This document shows, in pieces, positions 17,922 to 26,387 of a DNA stretch of 64,000 nucleotides. The position numbers were made by a program, and so were the translations under genes. The number at the start of each line of letters is the position of its first letter. Within the stretch, counting starts at the first letter, position 1. Origin of the DNA: Chthonomonadales bacterium (GTDB lineage: Bacteria; Armatimonadota; Chthonomonadetes; Chthonomonadales; CAJBBX01). The notes below the pieces were generated by a model, which saw only the letters and a program-made list of their open reading frames with translations, was not told where the DNA came from and did not search any database. The stretch covers positions 55,338-119,337 of the forward strand of contig JBMFSQ010000010.1 of assembly GCA_049967475.1 (NCBI GenBank), written 5' to 3'.

Positions 17922-18761
17922 CTACGGCGCCCCGCGGGGCGTGTCCGGATCGCCTTCCGCTGCGCGAAGATAGGCAAGGGATGTGCGCGCGATCGTTTGA
18001 GGATCGGGCGAATAATCGAAAACCTCAACAGACACGAAGCCCGAGTACTTCGTCTCTTGAAGCGCCGCCAGGATCGGCCCGAAGTCTGTGTCTCCGAAGC
18101 CAGGACCCCGCCGATTGGCATCGTTGGCATGCACGTGCGCAATCTTGCCGGCGTACCGATGGATCAAGACAGGGATGGGATCGCGTTCGGCACATGCACT
18201 CTTCACGTCGAGGATCGTGAAGGCTGCCGGATGTTCCAGGCGCGCCAACACACGCGATGCGTCCTCCAGCGTCAAAATGAAATCCGCTTCGGGTGGAGGC
18301 AATGGCTCGATGCATAGGCGGATTGCTCGTTCCGCCGCGCGGTCCAGCGCAGGACGGATACTTGCACAGAAGCGCTCTTCAGCCTCCTCTATCGAACACC
18401 CTTGAGGGATGCGCCTCTGAGCGGGCGAACCGAGCACCATCACTGCTCCCCCAAGATCTGCGCAAAACTCCGCCAGTGCAACCAGATACGTTGCTGTTGC
18501 CTCTCTCACGGCCCGGTCATCGCTTGTCAAAGAAAGGCCCTTTGGAGACACGAGGAGCCAATGGAGCCCCACCACCATCAGCCCCGCCCGTTCCGCCACA
18601 TCCCGCAGTGCGGTTCGGTCACCGGCGCTGAGGTTCCGAACATCCTCCGCCAGGGTGAACGGTGCCACTTCGATGCCTTCGTACCCAACCTGGGCTGCGA
18701 ACCGGCACGTGTCCTCCCAGGACCACTGTTGGAACATCTCATTGCATATGGCGAAGCGCAT
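17922..18761 (-). CDS. sugar phosphate isomerase/epimerase (xylose-isomerase-like TIM barrel)
   Basis: FAICNE, GYEGIEVAPF, LGSPAQR, CIEPL, HVHAND.NRRGPGFG, VSVEVF. Confidence 0.85.
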   Translation of the reverse strand: MRFAICNEMFQQWSWEDTCRFAAQVGYEGIEVAPFTLAEDVRNLSAGDRTALRDVAERAGLMVVGLHWLLVSPKGLSLTSDDRAVREATATYLVALAEFCADLGGAVMVLGSPAQRRIPQGCSIEEAEERFCASIRPALDRAAERAIRLCIEPLPPPEADFILTLEDASRVLARLEHPAAFTILDVKSACAERDPIPVLIHRYAGKIAHVHANDANRRGPGFGDTDFGPILAALQETKYSGFVSVEVFDYSPDPQTIARTSLAYLRAAEGDPDTPRGAP

Positions 18762-18834
18762 GGCGCTTGCTGCTCCTATGGTCGGCGGACCGCCGTAGGA
18801 GCGCATGATGATGCGCCCCTACGTATCTGCGGTG

Positions 18835-19674
18835 CTAAAGGTTTATCTCGCCTACAAACACTTCTTCAGCCGGCCCGGTCATGAAGACGCGGTTATCGCC
18901 ATTCCATTCCACCAAAAGGTCTCCGCCAAGCAGGTGCACCGTGACTCGCTTGCCGGTGCGGCCAGTGAGCACGCCCGCCACGACCGCAGCGCACGCTCCG
19001 GTGCCGCAGGCAAGGGTAACCCCTGCGCCGCGCTCCCACGTGCGCAGGACGATCTCCGAAGGTGAAAGAACTTTGACGAACTGCACGTTCGTGCGCTGAG
19101 GGAAGGATTTGTGGTTTTCGATGTGGGGCCCGTATCGCTCCACAGGCAGGCTGTCCAGCTTCTCCTCGAAAATCACTGCGTGAGGATTGCCCATGGACAC
19201 TGCAGTGATTTCGAAACGGCGCCCGTCAGCCCGAAGGGCTTCGGCGATCACCGGCCCGTTCGTGTCGCCACGCATGGGGATCTCCGAGCGGTTCAAACGT
19301 GGTTGGCCCATATCCACGCGCACGGCTTCCACCTTCCCTCCGCGTGTGAACAGCTTCAGATGCTTGACGCCTGCCAAGGTTTCGACCTTTACCTGTGCAT
19401 CCGCGATGAGTTTGCGGTCGTACACGTACTTGGCGAAACAGCGGATGCCGTTTCCGCACATTTCCGCCTCGCTGCCATCCGGGTTGAACATGCGCATCCG
19501 AAAGTCGGCGAGCTTCGAGGGCAGCACGAGGATGAGGCCGTCGCCGCCCACACCGAATTTGCGGTCGTTGAGCCTACGGCTGATTTCGGGGAGTTGGTCT
19601 TCGGGAAGGGTCTCGTCGAAGCCGTTCACTACCACGAAATCATTGCCGATGCCCTGCATCTTTACGAACTTCAC
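18835..19674 (-). CDS. dapF: diaminopimelate epimerase
   Basis: KMQGIGNDF, EMCGNGIRC, SMGNPH, WERGAG.TLACGTGACA. Confidence 0.97.
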   Translation of the reverse strand: MKFVKMQGIGNDFVVVNGFDETLPEDQLPEISRRLNDRKFGVGGDGLILVLPSKLADFRMRMFNPDGSEAEMCGNGIRCFAKYVYDRKLIADAQVKVETLAGVKHLKLFTRGGKVEAVRVDMGQPRLNRSEIPMRGDTNGPVIAEALRADGRRFEITAVSMGNPHAVIFEEKLDSLPVERYGPHIENHKSFPQRTNVQFVKVLSPSEIVLRTWERGAGVTLACGTGACAAVVAGVLTGRTGKRVTVHLLGGDLLVEWNGDNRVFMTGPAEEVFVGEINL

Positions 19675-19763
19675 GTTGCACTCCTCAAGGGCTCCCGGCG
19701 GCCTTTCGACACCAGCCGACGAGCGTGTTGTCGCATGCCCTCGATCTCAAATGCCACCATCCC

Positions 19764-20072
19764 TCATTCTCCCTGAGCAGGATGAGGCGCGACGGCGACC
19801 GGCGCTGTTTCTGTAGGTTGAGGAGCCGATTCACGGTGCGCTTCCGCATAGAAGCCGGACACAGGCCGCATGGGCACGATGGAGGTAATAGCGTGCTTAT
19901 AAACAAGCTGCGTAGGTTTGCCCGCGGCGTCCAAAAGCACGGTGAAGGCATCAAAGCCACGCACCAATCCGCGGAGCTGCACGCTCCCCACCAGCCAAAT
20001 CGTTACAGGGATGTTCTCTTTGCGCACCTGGTTCAAGAACACATCTTGCAGGTTCAACTGGGGCTTGTTCAT
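19764..20072 (-). CDS. hfq: RNA chaperone Hfq
   Basis: [29 protein letters not shown]; directly downstream of miaA. Confidence 0.95.
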   Translation of the reverse strand: MNKPQLNLQDVFLNQVRKENIPVTIWLVGSVQLRGLVRGFDAFTVLLDAAGKPTQLVYKHAITSIVPMRPVSGFYAEAHRESAPQPTETAPVAVAPHPAQGE

Positions 20073-20117
20073 TCCTTGGCACTCCTCCCTCGGTACAACG
20101 ATACCAACCAAACCAAA

Positions 20118-21068
20118 CTAACGCACTCCCAACCGCCGGAGGATCTCCTCCGCCGTCGCTGCCGGATCCATGCCGGAAACGTCCAGCCAATCCACGCCGG
20201 GCTCCGCCTGAAACCATGTTATTTGGCGCCTGGCGAACTGCTTTGTACTGTGCTTGATTTGGGAGACGGCTTCGTCCAGGCCGATTTCCCCTTGCAAGTA
20301 CCGCACCATCTCTTTGTATCCCAGGCTCCGCATCGCCTGGGATTGTGGCGGTACGCCGCGCTCCAAGAGCCCACGCACCTCTTCCACGAATCCGGCCTCC
20401 ATCATGGCATCCACACGCTCTTCGATGCGCCGGTAGAGTGCCTTGCGATCCATTGTGAGGCCAAACATGATGCGCTTCTTCGGCTTGCGCGCACGAGCGT
20501 CGCGCCGGTGCTGTTCGGACACGGGCACGCCGGTGCGGAGCGTCACCTCCAAGGCGCGGACGATGCGCACCAAATCCCGAGGATGGATGCGCTCGGCCGC
20601 GATCGGGTCCAGAGCCCGCAGCCGGTCGTGCAGCTTCTCTGTGCCGTGGATGCGGGCTTCCTGCTCGAGGCGGCGGCGAAGATCCAAGTCTGCCGGCGTT
20701 CCGGTTAATCCATAGTCGTCCAAAAACACCCGAACGTACAACCCCGTACCGCCGCAGAGGATAGGCCGGTGCTTCCTGAGCCGGATCCCCGCCAGCGCCT
20801 GCTCCGCCAGCTTTTTGAAGCACCCGGCGGTGAAACCCTCCCCCGGATCTGCAACATCCAACAGGTGAAAGGGCACAATTGCCCGTTCTGAAGGAGCGGG
20901 TTTTGCCGTGCCGATGTCGAGACCGCGGTATACGGCCACGGAGTCGGCGCTGATCACCTCACCTTCCAGGGCCAGGGCTACGCGCAACGCTGCCGCCGTT
21001 TTACCGGTGGCTGTAGGCCCCACAATCGCGATAATGGGAAATTCCTCGTCCGCCGGCATCCTCCGCAT
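20118..21068 (-). CDS. miaA: tRNA dimethylallyltransferase
   Basis: GPTATGKT, ISADS..VYRGLDIGTAKP, GGTGLY, LGYKE, FARRQITWF. Confidence 0.96.
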   Translation of the reverse strand: MRRMPADEEFPIIAIVGPTATGKTAAALRVALALEGEVISADSVAVYRGLDIGTAKPAPSERAIVPFHLLDVADPGEGFTAGCFKKLAEQALAGIRLRKHRPILCGGTGLYVRVFLDDYGLTGTPADLDLRRRLEQEARIHGTEKLHDRLRALDPIAAERIHPRDLVRIVRALEVTLRTGVPVSEQHRRDARARKPKKRIMFGLTMDRKALYRRIEERVDAMMEAGFVEEVRGLLERGVPPQSQAMRSLGYKEMVRYLQGEIGLDEAVSQIKHSTKQFARRQITWFQAEPGVDWLDVSGMDPAATAEEILRRLGVR

Positions 21069-21192
21069 GGAATCCTCGCTTAGTATAACACAATCAGTAT
21101 GGGCCAACAAGGAGATGGACGCTTCGCCCATCGCGTATAATGCATGCACCGGAAGCTTGCAGTGCTGCGGCTCTGCGAAGGGGAACGATCTG

Positions 21193-22368
21193 ATGCATTG
21201 TGGGATAGACACGTTGGCCGAGCAGCGCTTCGCGATTTTGCACTGTAAGCGCGTGGGCCTCGTAACGAACCACACCGGAGTGGATGGGCAGGGCACGCGC
21301 ACAGCAGACCTTCTGCATCAGAACCCTCACGTCCATTTGACGCAGCTCTTCAGCCCTGAACACGGCCTCCGCGGAGCCGTAGATGCCCAGGTGGCAGACG
21401 CGGTAGATCCACGAACCGGTGTACCCGTGGCTTCACTCTACGGCGCTCGCCTGAAGCCCGAACCGGAACACCTCCAATCACTCGACGCGCTCGTCTTCGA
21501 CATCCAGGATGCGGGCGTTCGCTTTTACACCTATATCTCCACCTTGGGCCTCTGCCTTCAGGCGGCTGCTGAGGCCGGCATTTCCTTCATCGTACTGGAC
21601 CGCCCTAATCCGCTCGGCGGCTACGCAATCGAGGGTCCGATGGCACAACCCCACCGCCTCTCCTTCACTGCCTGGCACCCTATTCCGGTGCGCCATGGCA
21701 TGACTGTGGGGGAGCTTGCCCGCTTGTACAACGCAGAGTTGCACCTCGGCGCGGACCTTACTGTGGTCCCCTGCTCCCGCTGGAAGCCGCACCAGTGGTT
21801 CCACCAAACCGGTGTGACATGGACGGGTCCTTCGCCGAACCTGGAGACCTTTCTGCAGACGTTCCTGTACCCAGGCATGGCTCTTCTCGAGTACACTAAC
21901 GTGTCCGTGGGGCGGGGAACGAGGGCACCCTTCGAGCAGGTGGGAGCCCCGTGGATGGATGGTCCCCGGCTTGCACGCCACCTGAACCGGCTGTCCATCC
22001 CAAACGTGCGGTTCTTGCCGGTGCGTTTCGTTCCCCAGCGTCCTCCGTTTTTTGGAGAAACGTGCTGCGGTGTACAGGTAGTGGTAACCCGCCTCCCGGA
22101 TACTGCGCGCAGGCCCTATTCGTGCCTCCGCATAGGTCTGGAACTCGCCGCTGCACTCCGCGACCTGTTTCCAGAGGAATGGGACGCCTCGGGTTTCTCG
22201 CATTTGCTGGCCAATGACGCGGCGTACGAGGCGTTCCGAGGCGGGGCGTGTTACGAGGAACTTGCAGCCTCGTGGCGTCCAGACGAGGCCGATTTCCGCC
22301 TGCGCCGTGAGCCGTATCTTCTGTACACGCGCGTGGGCAGCAAAGGAAGCATCCTCGAGCGCGATTAA
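21193..22368 (+). CDS. namZ: exo-beta-N-acetylmuramidase NamZ family (DUF1343)
   Basis: VGLVTNHTG, FSPEHG, FDIQD.G.RFYTY, LDRPNP, RHGMTVGELA, SVGRGT..PF. Confidence 0.9.
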   Translation: MHCGIDTLAEQRFAILHCKRVGLVTNHTGVDGQGTRTADLLHQNPHVHLTQLFSPEHGLRGAVDAQVADAVDPRTGVPVASLYGARLKPEPEHLQSLDALVFDIQDAGVRFYTYISTLGLCLQAAAEAGISFIVLDRPNPLGGYAIEGPMAQPHRLSFTAWHPIPVRHGMTVGELARLYNAELHLGADLTVVPCSRWKPHQWFHQTGVTWTGPSPNLETFLQTFLYPGMALLEYTNVSVGRGTRAPFEQVGAPWMDGPRLARHLNRLSIPNVRFLPVRFVPQRPPFFGETCCGVQVVVTRLPDTARRPYSCLRIGLELAAALRDLFPEEWDASGFSHLLANDAAYEAFRGGACYEELAASWRPDEADFRLRREPYLLYTRVGSKGSILERD

Positions 22369-22435
22369 GAAGGAATCTCTGCCCGGTTCTCGAATGAATG
22401 GGCGAAATCACAAGGTCAAGGGGGTGATAGGGACC

Positions 22436-22573
22436 ATGGAGGCTTATTGCGTCAAGTGCAAGGCGAAGCGGGAAATGAAGAACCCAACGGCCATCACCAT
22501 GAAGAACGGCAAGCCCGCCACAACCGGCACATGCGTGGTATGCGGCACCAAGATGTACAAGATCGGGAAATAG
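22436..22573 (+). CDS. 45-aa basic zinc-ribbon protein (DUF5679-like)
   Basis: MEAYCVKCKAKREM...KNGKPA..GTCVVCGTKMYKIG; two CxxC; SD GGGGTG. Confidence 0.85.
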   Translation: MEAYCVKCKAKREMKNPTAITMKNGKPATTGTCVVCGTKMYKIGK

Positions 22574-22740
22574 CCTTTATTCCAAGGATGGTGGAGCGTT
22601 GATTGATGCAATACGGGCTGCCCGGTGCCGGGCAGCCCGTATCTTGCTTCCAGGTGCAGGAACCTGCCGTACCTCTGGTGAAACGTGCCCCTGAAGCTGC
22701 GTCAACACCCTTCACAGCACGATGTGGGAGGACAGAACCT

Positions 22741-23511
22741 GTGACACAAACAACCGCTGCCATCCAATTGATTGTCTTCGGGGAGCGCAATCGCACAGAT
22801 TTCGCCGGCGTGCTCCGCGACGTACACACTGCGGGCTTCACCGCATTCGAAGCCGGAAACCTTTTTGCTGCCCATGGAGAAGCAGAAACGCGACGTCTGC
22901 TCGCGGAGACGGGCCTGACGGTATGCGGGGCACATTTCGGCTACGGCGACTATGCCGATGCCGAGAAGCTCAAGGCCAATATCGCCTACGCCAAAGCGCT
23001 GGGCATCCGCCACATGATGTGTTCCGGCGTGGCCGATGCCAAAAGTGTGGAAGGTTACCGGGCGTCTTGCCGCATCTTCAATGAGGTAGGAGCCCGGCTC
23101 CGAGATGAAGGCATCACCTTCAATTACCACAACCACGCATGGGAATTCGAGGACCTCGGCGGCACCAACGGCATGCAGATCATCGCCCAAGAAACGGACC
23201 CGGCGCTTGTGAAGTTCAACATTGACGTGTTCTGGGTCACCTTCGGCGGCGAAAGCCCCGTGTATTTCATCAAGCGGCACGCCGAACGGGCCGGATACTA
23301 CCACTTCAAGGATGGATCGCGCTCGCCTGAGGGTAAGCCCATCTTCCAAGAACTGGGGCGGGGAATGGTAGACCTGAAGGGAGCCATGGCGGCTGCCCGC
23401 GAGGTGGGCAACGCGCAATGGATCGTCGCCGAGCAAGACAGCACGCAGCTTCCCCATCTGGAGGCTGCCACCATCAGCCGCCGCTACATGAAAGAAGCCC
23501 TGGGTATCTAG
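22741..23511 (+). CDS. sugar phosphate isomerase/epimerase (IolE-like TIM barrel)
   Basis: FNYHNHAWEF, IDVFWV..GG, YHFKD, ELGRG.VD, AEQD; GTG after GGGAGG. Confidence 0.88.
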   Translation: MTQTTAAIQLIVFGERNRTDFAGVLRDVHTAGFTAFEAGNLFAAHGEAETRRLLAETGLTVCGAHFGYGDYADAEKLKANIAYAKALGIRHMMCSGVADAKSVEGYRASCRIFNEVGARLRDEGITFNYHNHAWEFEDLGGTNGMQIIAQETDPALVKFNIDVFWVTFGGESPVYFIKRHAERAGYYHFKDGSRSPEGKPIFQELGRGMVDLKGAMAAAREVGNAQWIVAEQDSTQLPHLEAATISRRYMKEALGI

Positions 23512-23570
23512 ACGTCCCACAGGCCTCCGTCCCATTCGGTGGGCTGATGTGTCCCTCCACCCAAGCCCGC

Positions 23571-23609
23571 GGCAAAACAACGGGCCCGGCCTATCCTTGC
23601 ACCGGGCCC
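23571..23609 (-). terminator. intrinsic terminator of the pilin-like cassette
   Basis: GGGCCCGG(23582-89)/CCGGGCCC(23602-09) stem followed on the minus strand by GTTGTTTT. Confidence 0.6.
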
Positions 23610-23630
23610 TCACTCTCTACTCCCCAGCCT

Positions 23631-23801
23631 TTACTTTGCCGGGCCAGGACCGATCTTCATGTGCTTCATCATCTCGATCTGTTGCTGAGGAGTTACGTTA
23701 CTCTTGTAGGGGTTCAGCTTCTTGTACCCGTAAATTGCCACCACGATGACCACGATCACAATCAGCACAATAGCCACCGGGGTGCTAATCTCCTTCTTCA
23801 T
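23631..23801 (-). CDS. 56-aa single-pass membrane peptide (absent from ORF track)
   Basis: MKKEISTPVAIVLIVIVVIVVAIYGYKKLNPYKSNVTPQQQIEMMKHMKIGPGPAK*; SD AAGGAG; starts 34 nt after the pilin-like gene stop. Confidence 0.8.
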   Translation of the reverse strand: MKKEISTPVAIVLIVIVVIVVAIYGYKKLNPYKSNVTPQQQIEMMKHMKIGPGPAK

Positions 23802-23835
23802 GGCTTCACTCGCTCCTTCCGGAACTCAGGACAGA

Positions 23836-24621
23836 TCAACGATAGGCCGGCGGGATCTCGTTCAGCAGGCACGAAATGAACGCCGCACCGTTATTGGGGC
23901 CGGAAGCGCATGGATCCCCGCCCCAATTCGACCACTCGTTTGGATCATTGTCTGGGTTCCACAGGAACGTGGGGCTGAGCGTGGCGGCCAGCTTGTACCA
24001 CTTAGCATGCCCATCGGCCAAGGCCCAGTTGCCGCCCGTATTGTGCCAGAACGGTAGGCTGCCGCCATTGTGATCATAGTTCCAGCCGATGGTCCAGGTG
24101 CCTAGGTCGGGCCAGAAGTCGCGCGTCTCTAGAACCTGGATCGTCGTCGCAGGATACTGGATGGATGCCATGGACACAGGACCACCGAAGAGGTTCCCAT
24201 TGTCCGCATAGTTCATCCGGCTGTGGAAATTGTTTGCCTGGGCATCGGCGAGCGTCATGCTCCCATCGGCGACGCACCCGGCCCAGCCCGGCCAATCGAA
24301 CTCGTTGCGCGCCCACGGCGCCGAGGGGCAGAGCCAGATATTCTCGTTCTTAAGGTACGGCACCACGGCTGCGCGCCAAGTATAATGCCCTCCGTTATTG
24401 TCTATCCAGATGCGGTTGGAGGGAAACGTCTCATCGTAGTCCTGAACATACATCAAACGTGCCAAGGCGATCTGCTTGATGTTGCTCAAACAGCTAATGG
24501 TTCGCGCCTTCTCCCGTGCTTGAGCGAATACAGGGAAAAGGATCGCGGCCAGGATCGCGATGATCGCGATCACAACCAGCAATTCAATCAGCGTAAACCC
24601 ACCGTTCGATTTCGACTTCAT
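23836..24621 (-). CDS. prepilin-type N-terminal cleavage/methylation protein with C-terminal H-X9-DG motif (DUF1559-like)
   Basis: G^[64 protein letters not shown]. Confidence 0.92.
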   Translation of the reverse strand: MKSKSNGGFTLIELLVVIAIIAILAAILFPVFAQAREKARTISCLSNIKQIALARLMYVQDYDETFPSNRIWIDNNGGHYTWRAAVVPYLKNENIWLCPSAPWARNEFDWPGWAGCVADGSMTLADAQANNFHSRMNYADNGNLFGGPVSMASIQYPATTIQVLETRDFWPDLGTWTIGWNYDHNGGSLPFWHNTGGNWALADGHAKWYKLAATLSPTFLWNPDNDPNEWSNWGGDPCASGPNNGAAFISCLLNEIPPAYR

Positions 24622-24778
24622 CGTGAGCTCCTTCACAGTCAAATATCGCTGCAATGGCCAAGCGCCCATCGCGGCATAATCTTCTTCACATTCAAATGAG
24701 CATGCGTGTTCCTTCCGATGCAACCTCCTTTCTAAGGCTGCGCCGTCCTATCTCAGCTCGGCCCTCGAGCCATGCGCT

Positions 24779-25978
24779 CTATTCTTTCCGACGCGTCCGG
24801 CGTTGCGCGGTAACCACGCCCCCCGGAGATGCCGTGGTGGAGCGCACCATCAACGTTGTAGGGAGGATCACATGCCTGAAGGTGCGAGGACCTCCCTCCG
24901 CGGACTGGCGCATTCGCAACAGCAGCAGTTCGGCGGCACGCTTGCCGATCTGCCAGAAGGGCTGGTGGATCGTCGTGAGGATTGCCGGATGGGGCGAATA
25001 GCATTCCACATCGTCAAACCCCACGATGCTCACGTCGCGTGGAATGCGGATCCCCGCGTTGCCGGCAGCTCGCATGAACCGAAACGCGGACAGGTCATTC
25101 TCGAACACGATCGCCGTAGGACGTTCGGACGCGGAAAGCCAGTCCTTTGCCAAACGCGCCACAGCGTCCTCCAGATTGCCCGTGAAGGTGTACAGTTGCT
25201 CGGGTTTCTGCGGCAATCCGAAGCCGGCAAATGCTTCCACAAAGCCTGCCCGCCGTTCCATCACCGTGGTAACCCGTTCGTCGTGCCCGGCATACAAAAT
25301 CCGCCGGTGCCCCAGGTCAAACAGATATTCCACCCCAGTGCGCACGCCTTCGCGGTTATCCACTCCCACAAAGTCGCATTCCAAAGCCTCGGGGTAGCGA
25401 TCCACATACACAATCGGCAGACCTCGCCGATGTTCCTCGCTCAAAATCTGCAGGCTGCGATCGCTACCCGAATGCCAAACGATCATGCCCGCCACCCCAT
25501 CCTTTAGAACACGATGGAGAACCTCTACCTCGAGATCTTCCCCAGGATGAACTGAGGTGGCCGCATCCCTTGATGGGTTCGTATCGTATACGGCAAGCCT
25601 GCACAGGTGGGGTTCCCGGTTCACCACCGAGGTAACGCCCCGAAGAATGGCATGAGCCGTCACGTAGGTAGGGTGGTGCGGCAAAATGACGGCAATGGTT
25701 CTTTGCGAGCGGTCCCCATTCCCGTCGGCCCCTGTTCGGTGGGAACCCGAAGGCAGTACGACCGGCCGGCATCCAGGCCTCCGCTCAAGAAGACCGCGGT
25801 CCTGCAAGGCGGCCAAAGCGGCCCGGACCACCGGTCGGCTCACGCCGAATTCATCGGCGAGGACCCGTTCAGACGGCAGCCAGGCTCCGGGCGCATAGTG
25901 CCCATTGGCGATGGCAGCCTCCAGAGCCCGGCGCACTCGAACCGCTGCAGGGAATGATTGTGGGGCCATGCGCACCAT
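24779..25978 (-). CDS. GntR-HTH / LacI-type sugar-binding fusion regulator (AraR-like)
   Basis: LPSERVLADEFGVSRPVVRAAL; VDNREG....EYL.DLGHRRI, ERRAGF, IPRDVSIVGFDD, LTTIHQP. Confidence 0.9.
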   Translation of the reverse strand: MVRMAPQSFPAAVRVRRALEAAIANGHYAPGAWLPSERVLADEFGVSRPVVRAALAALQDRGLLERRPGCRPVVLPSGSHRTGADGNGDRSQRTIAVILPHHPTYVTAHAILRGVTSVVNREPHLCRLAVYDTNPSRDAATSVHPGEDLEVEVLHRVLKDGVAGMIVWHSGSDRSLQILSEEHRRGLPIVYVDRYPEALECDFVGVDNREGVRTGVEYLFDLGHRRILYAGHDERVTTVMERRAGFVEAFAGFGLPQKPEQLYTFTGNLEDAVARLAKDWLSASERPTAIVFENDLSAFRFMRAAGNAGIRIPRDVSIVGFDDVECYSPHPAILTTIHQPFWQIGKRAAELLLLRMRQSAEGGPRTFRHVILPTTLMVRSTTASPGGVVTAQRRTRRKE

Positions 25979-26011
25979 CGCGTTACCAAGCTAAGGCCAT
26001 AAGTTGACCGT

Positions 26012-26040
26012 ATGATATCAGGTGGTTAACCTCTTGTCAA
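26012..26040 (-). promoter_or_regulatory. sigma70 promoter of the GntR/LacI operon with palindromic candidate operator
   Basis: TTGACA(26040-35)-N17-TATCAT(26017-12); GGTTAACC palindrome at 26024-26031 in the spacer. Confidence 0.75.
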
Positions 26041-26387
26041 GGGTTTGCCGGCACACTGTCGTTGCTCACGTAAAAGCTACCCATAGTCGCTCGGATGGTA
26101 TGGAGGAACGACCCGGCGCACCATCAGCCATTTGGTGCAACGAAGTGTGGCCTGCTTTTGCCCCACGCTGGTCGCCCAAGTGAACGAATGGGAACGGGGA
26201 GGGTATCATCCGTGAACGGGAACTGCGTGCTTCGGACGATGCCCTCGGGGAAATAGCGGCGACGTCCCCTATCCCTGCAGACGCGCTTGCGGCAGCCCCG
26301 TCTATTACGCACATGGAACTACGCCGAGAGCGCCTTTCTCACTCGGGTCGTGCTCGCCGCCGCTACCCGAAACACCGCCCATGCCGG

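Noticed and set aside
26041..26387. ~350-nt intergenic gap with short ORFs
   Set aside because: No convincing SD/ORF, repeat or recognisable RNA motif
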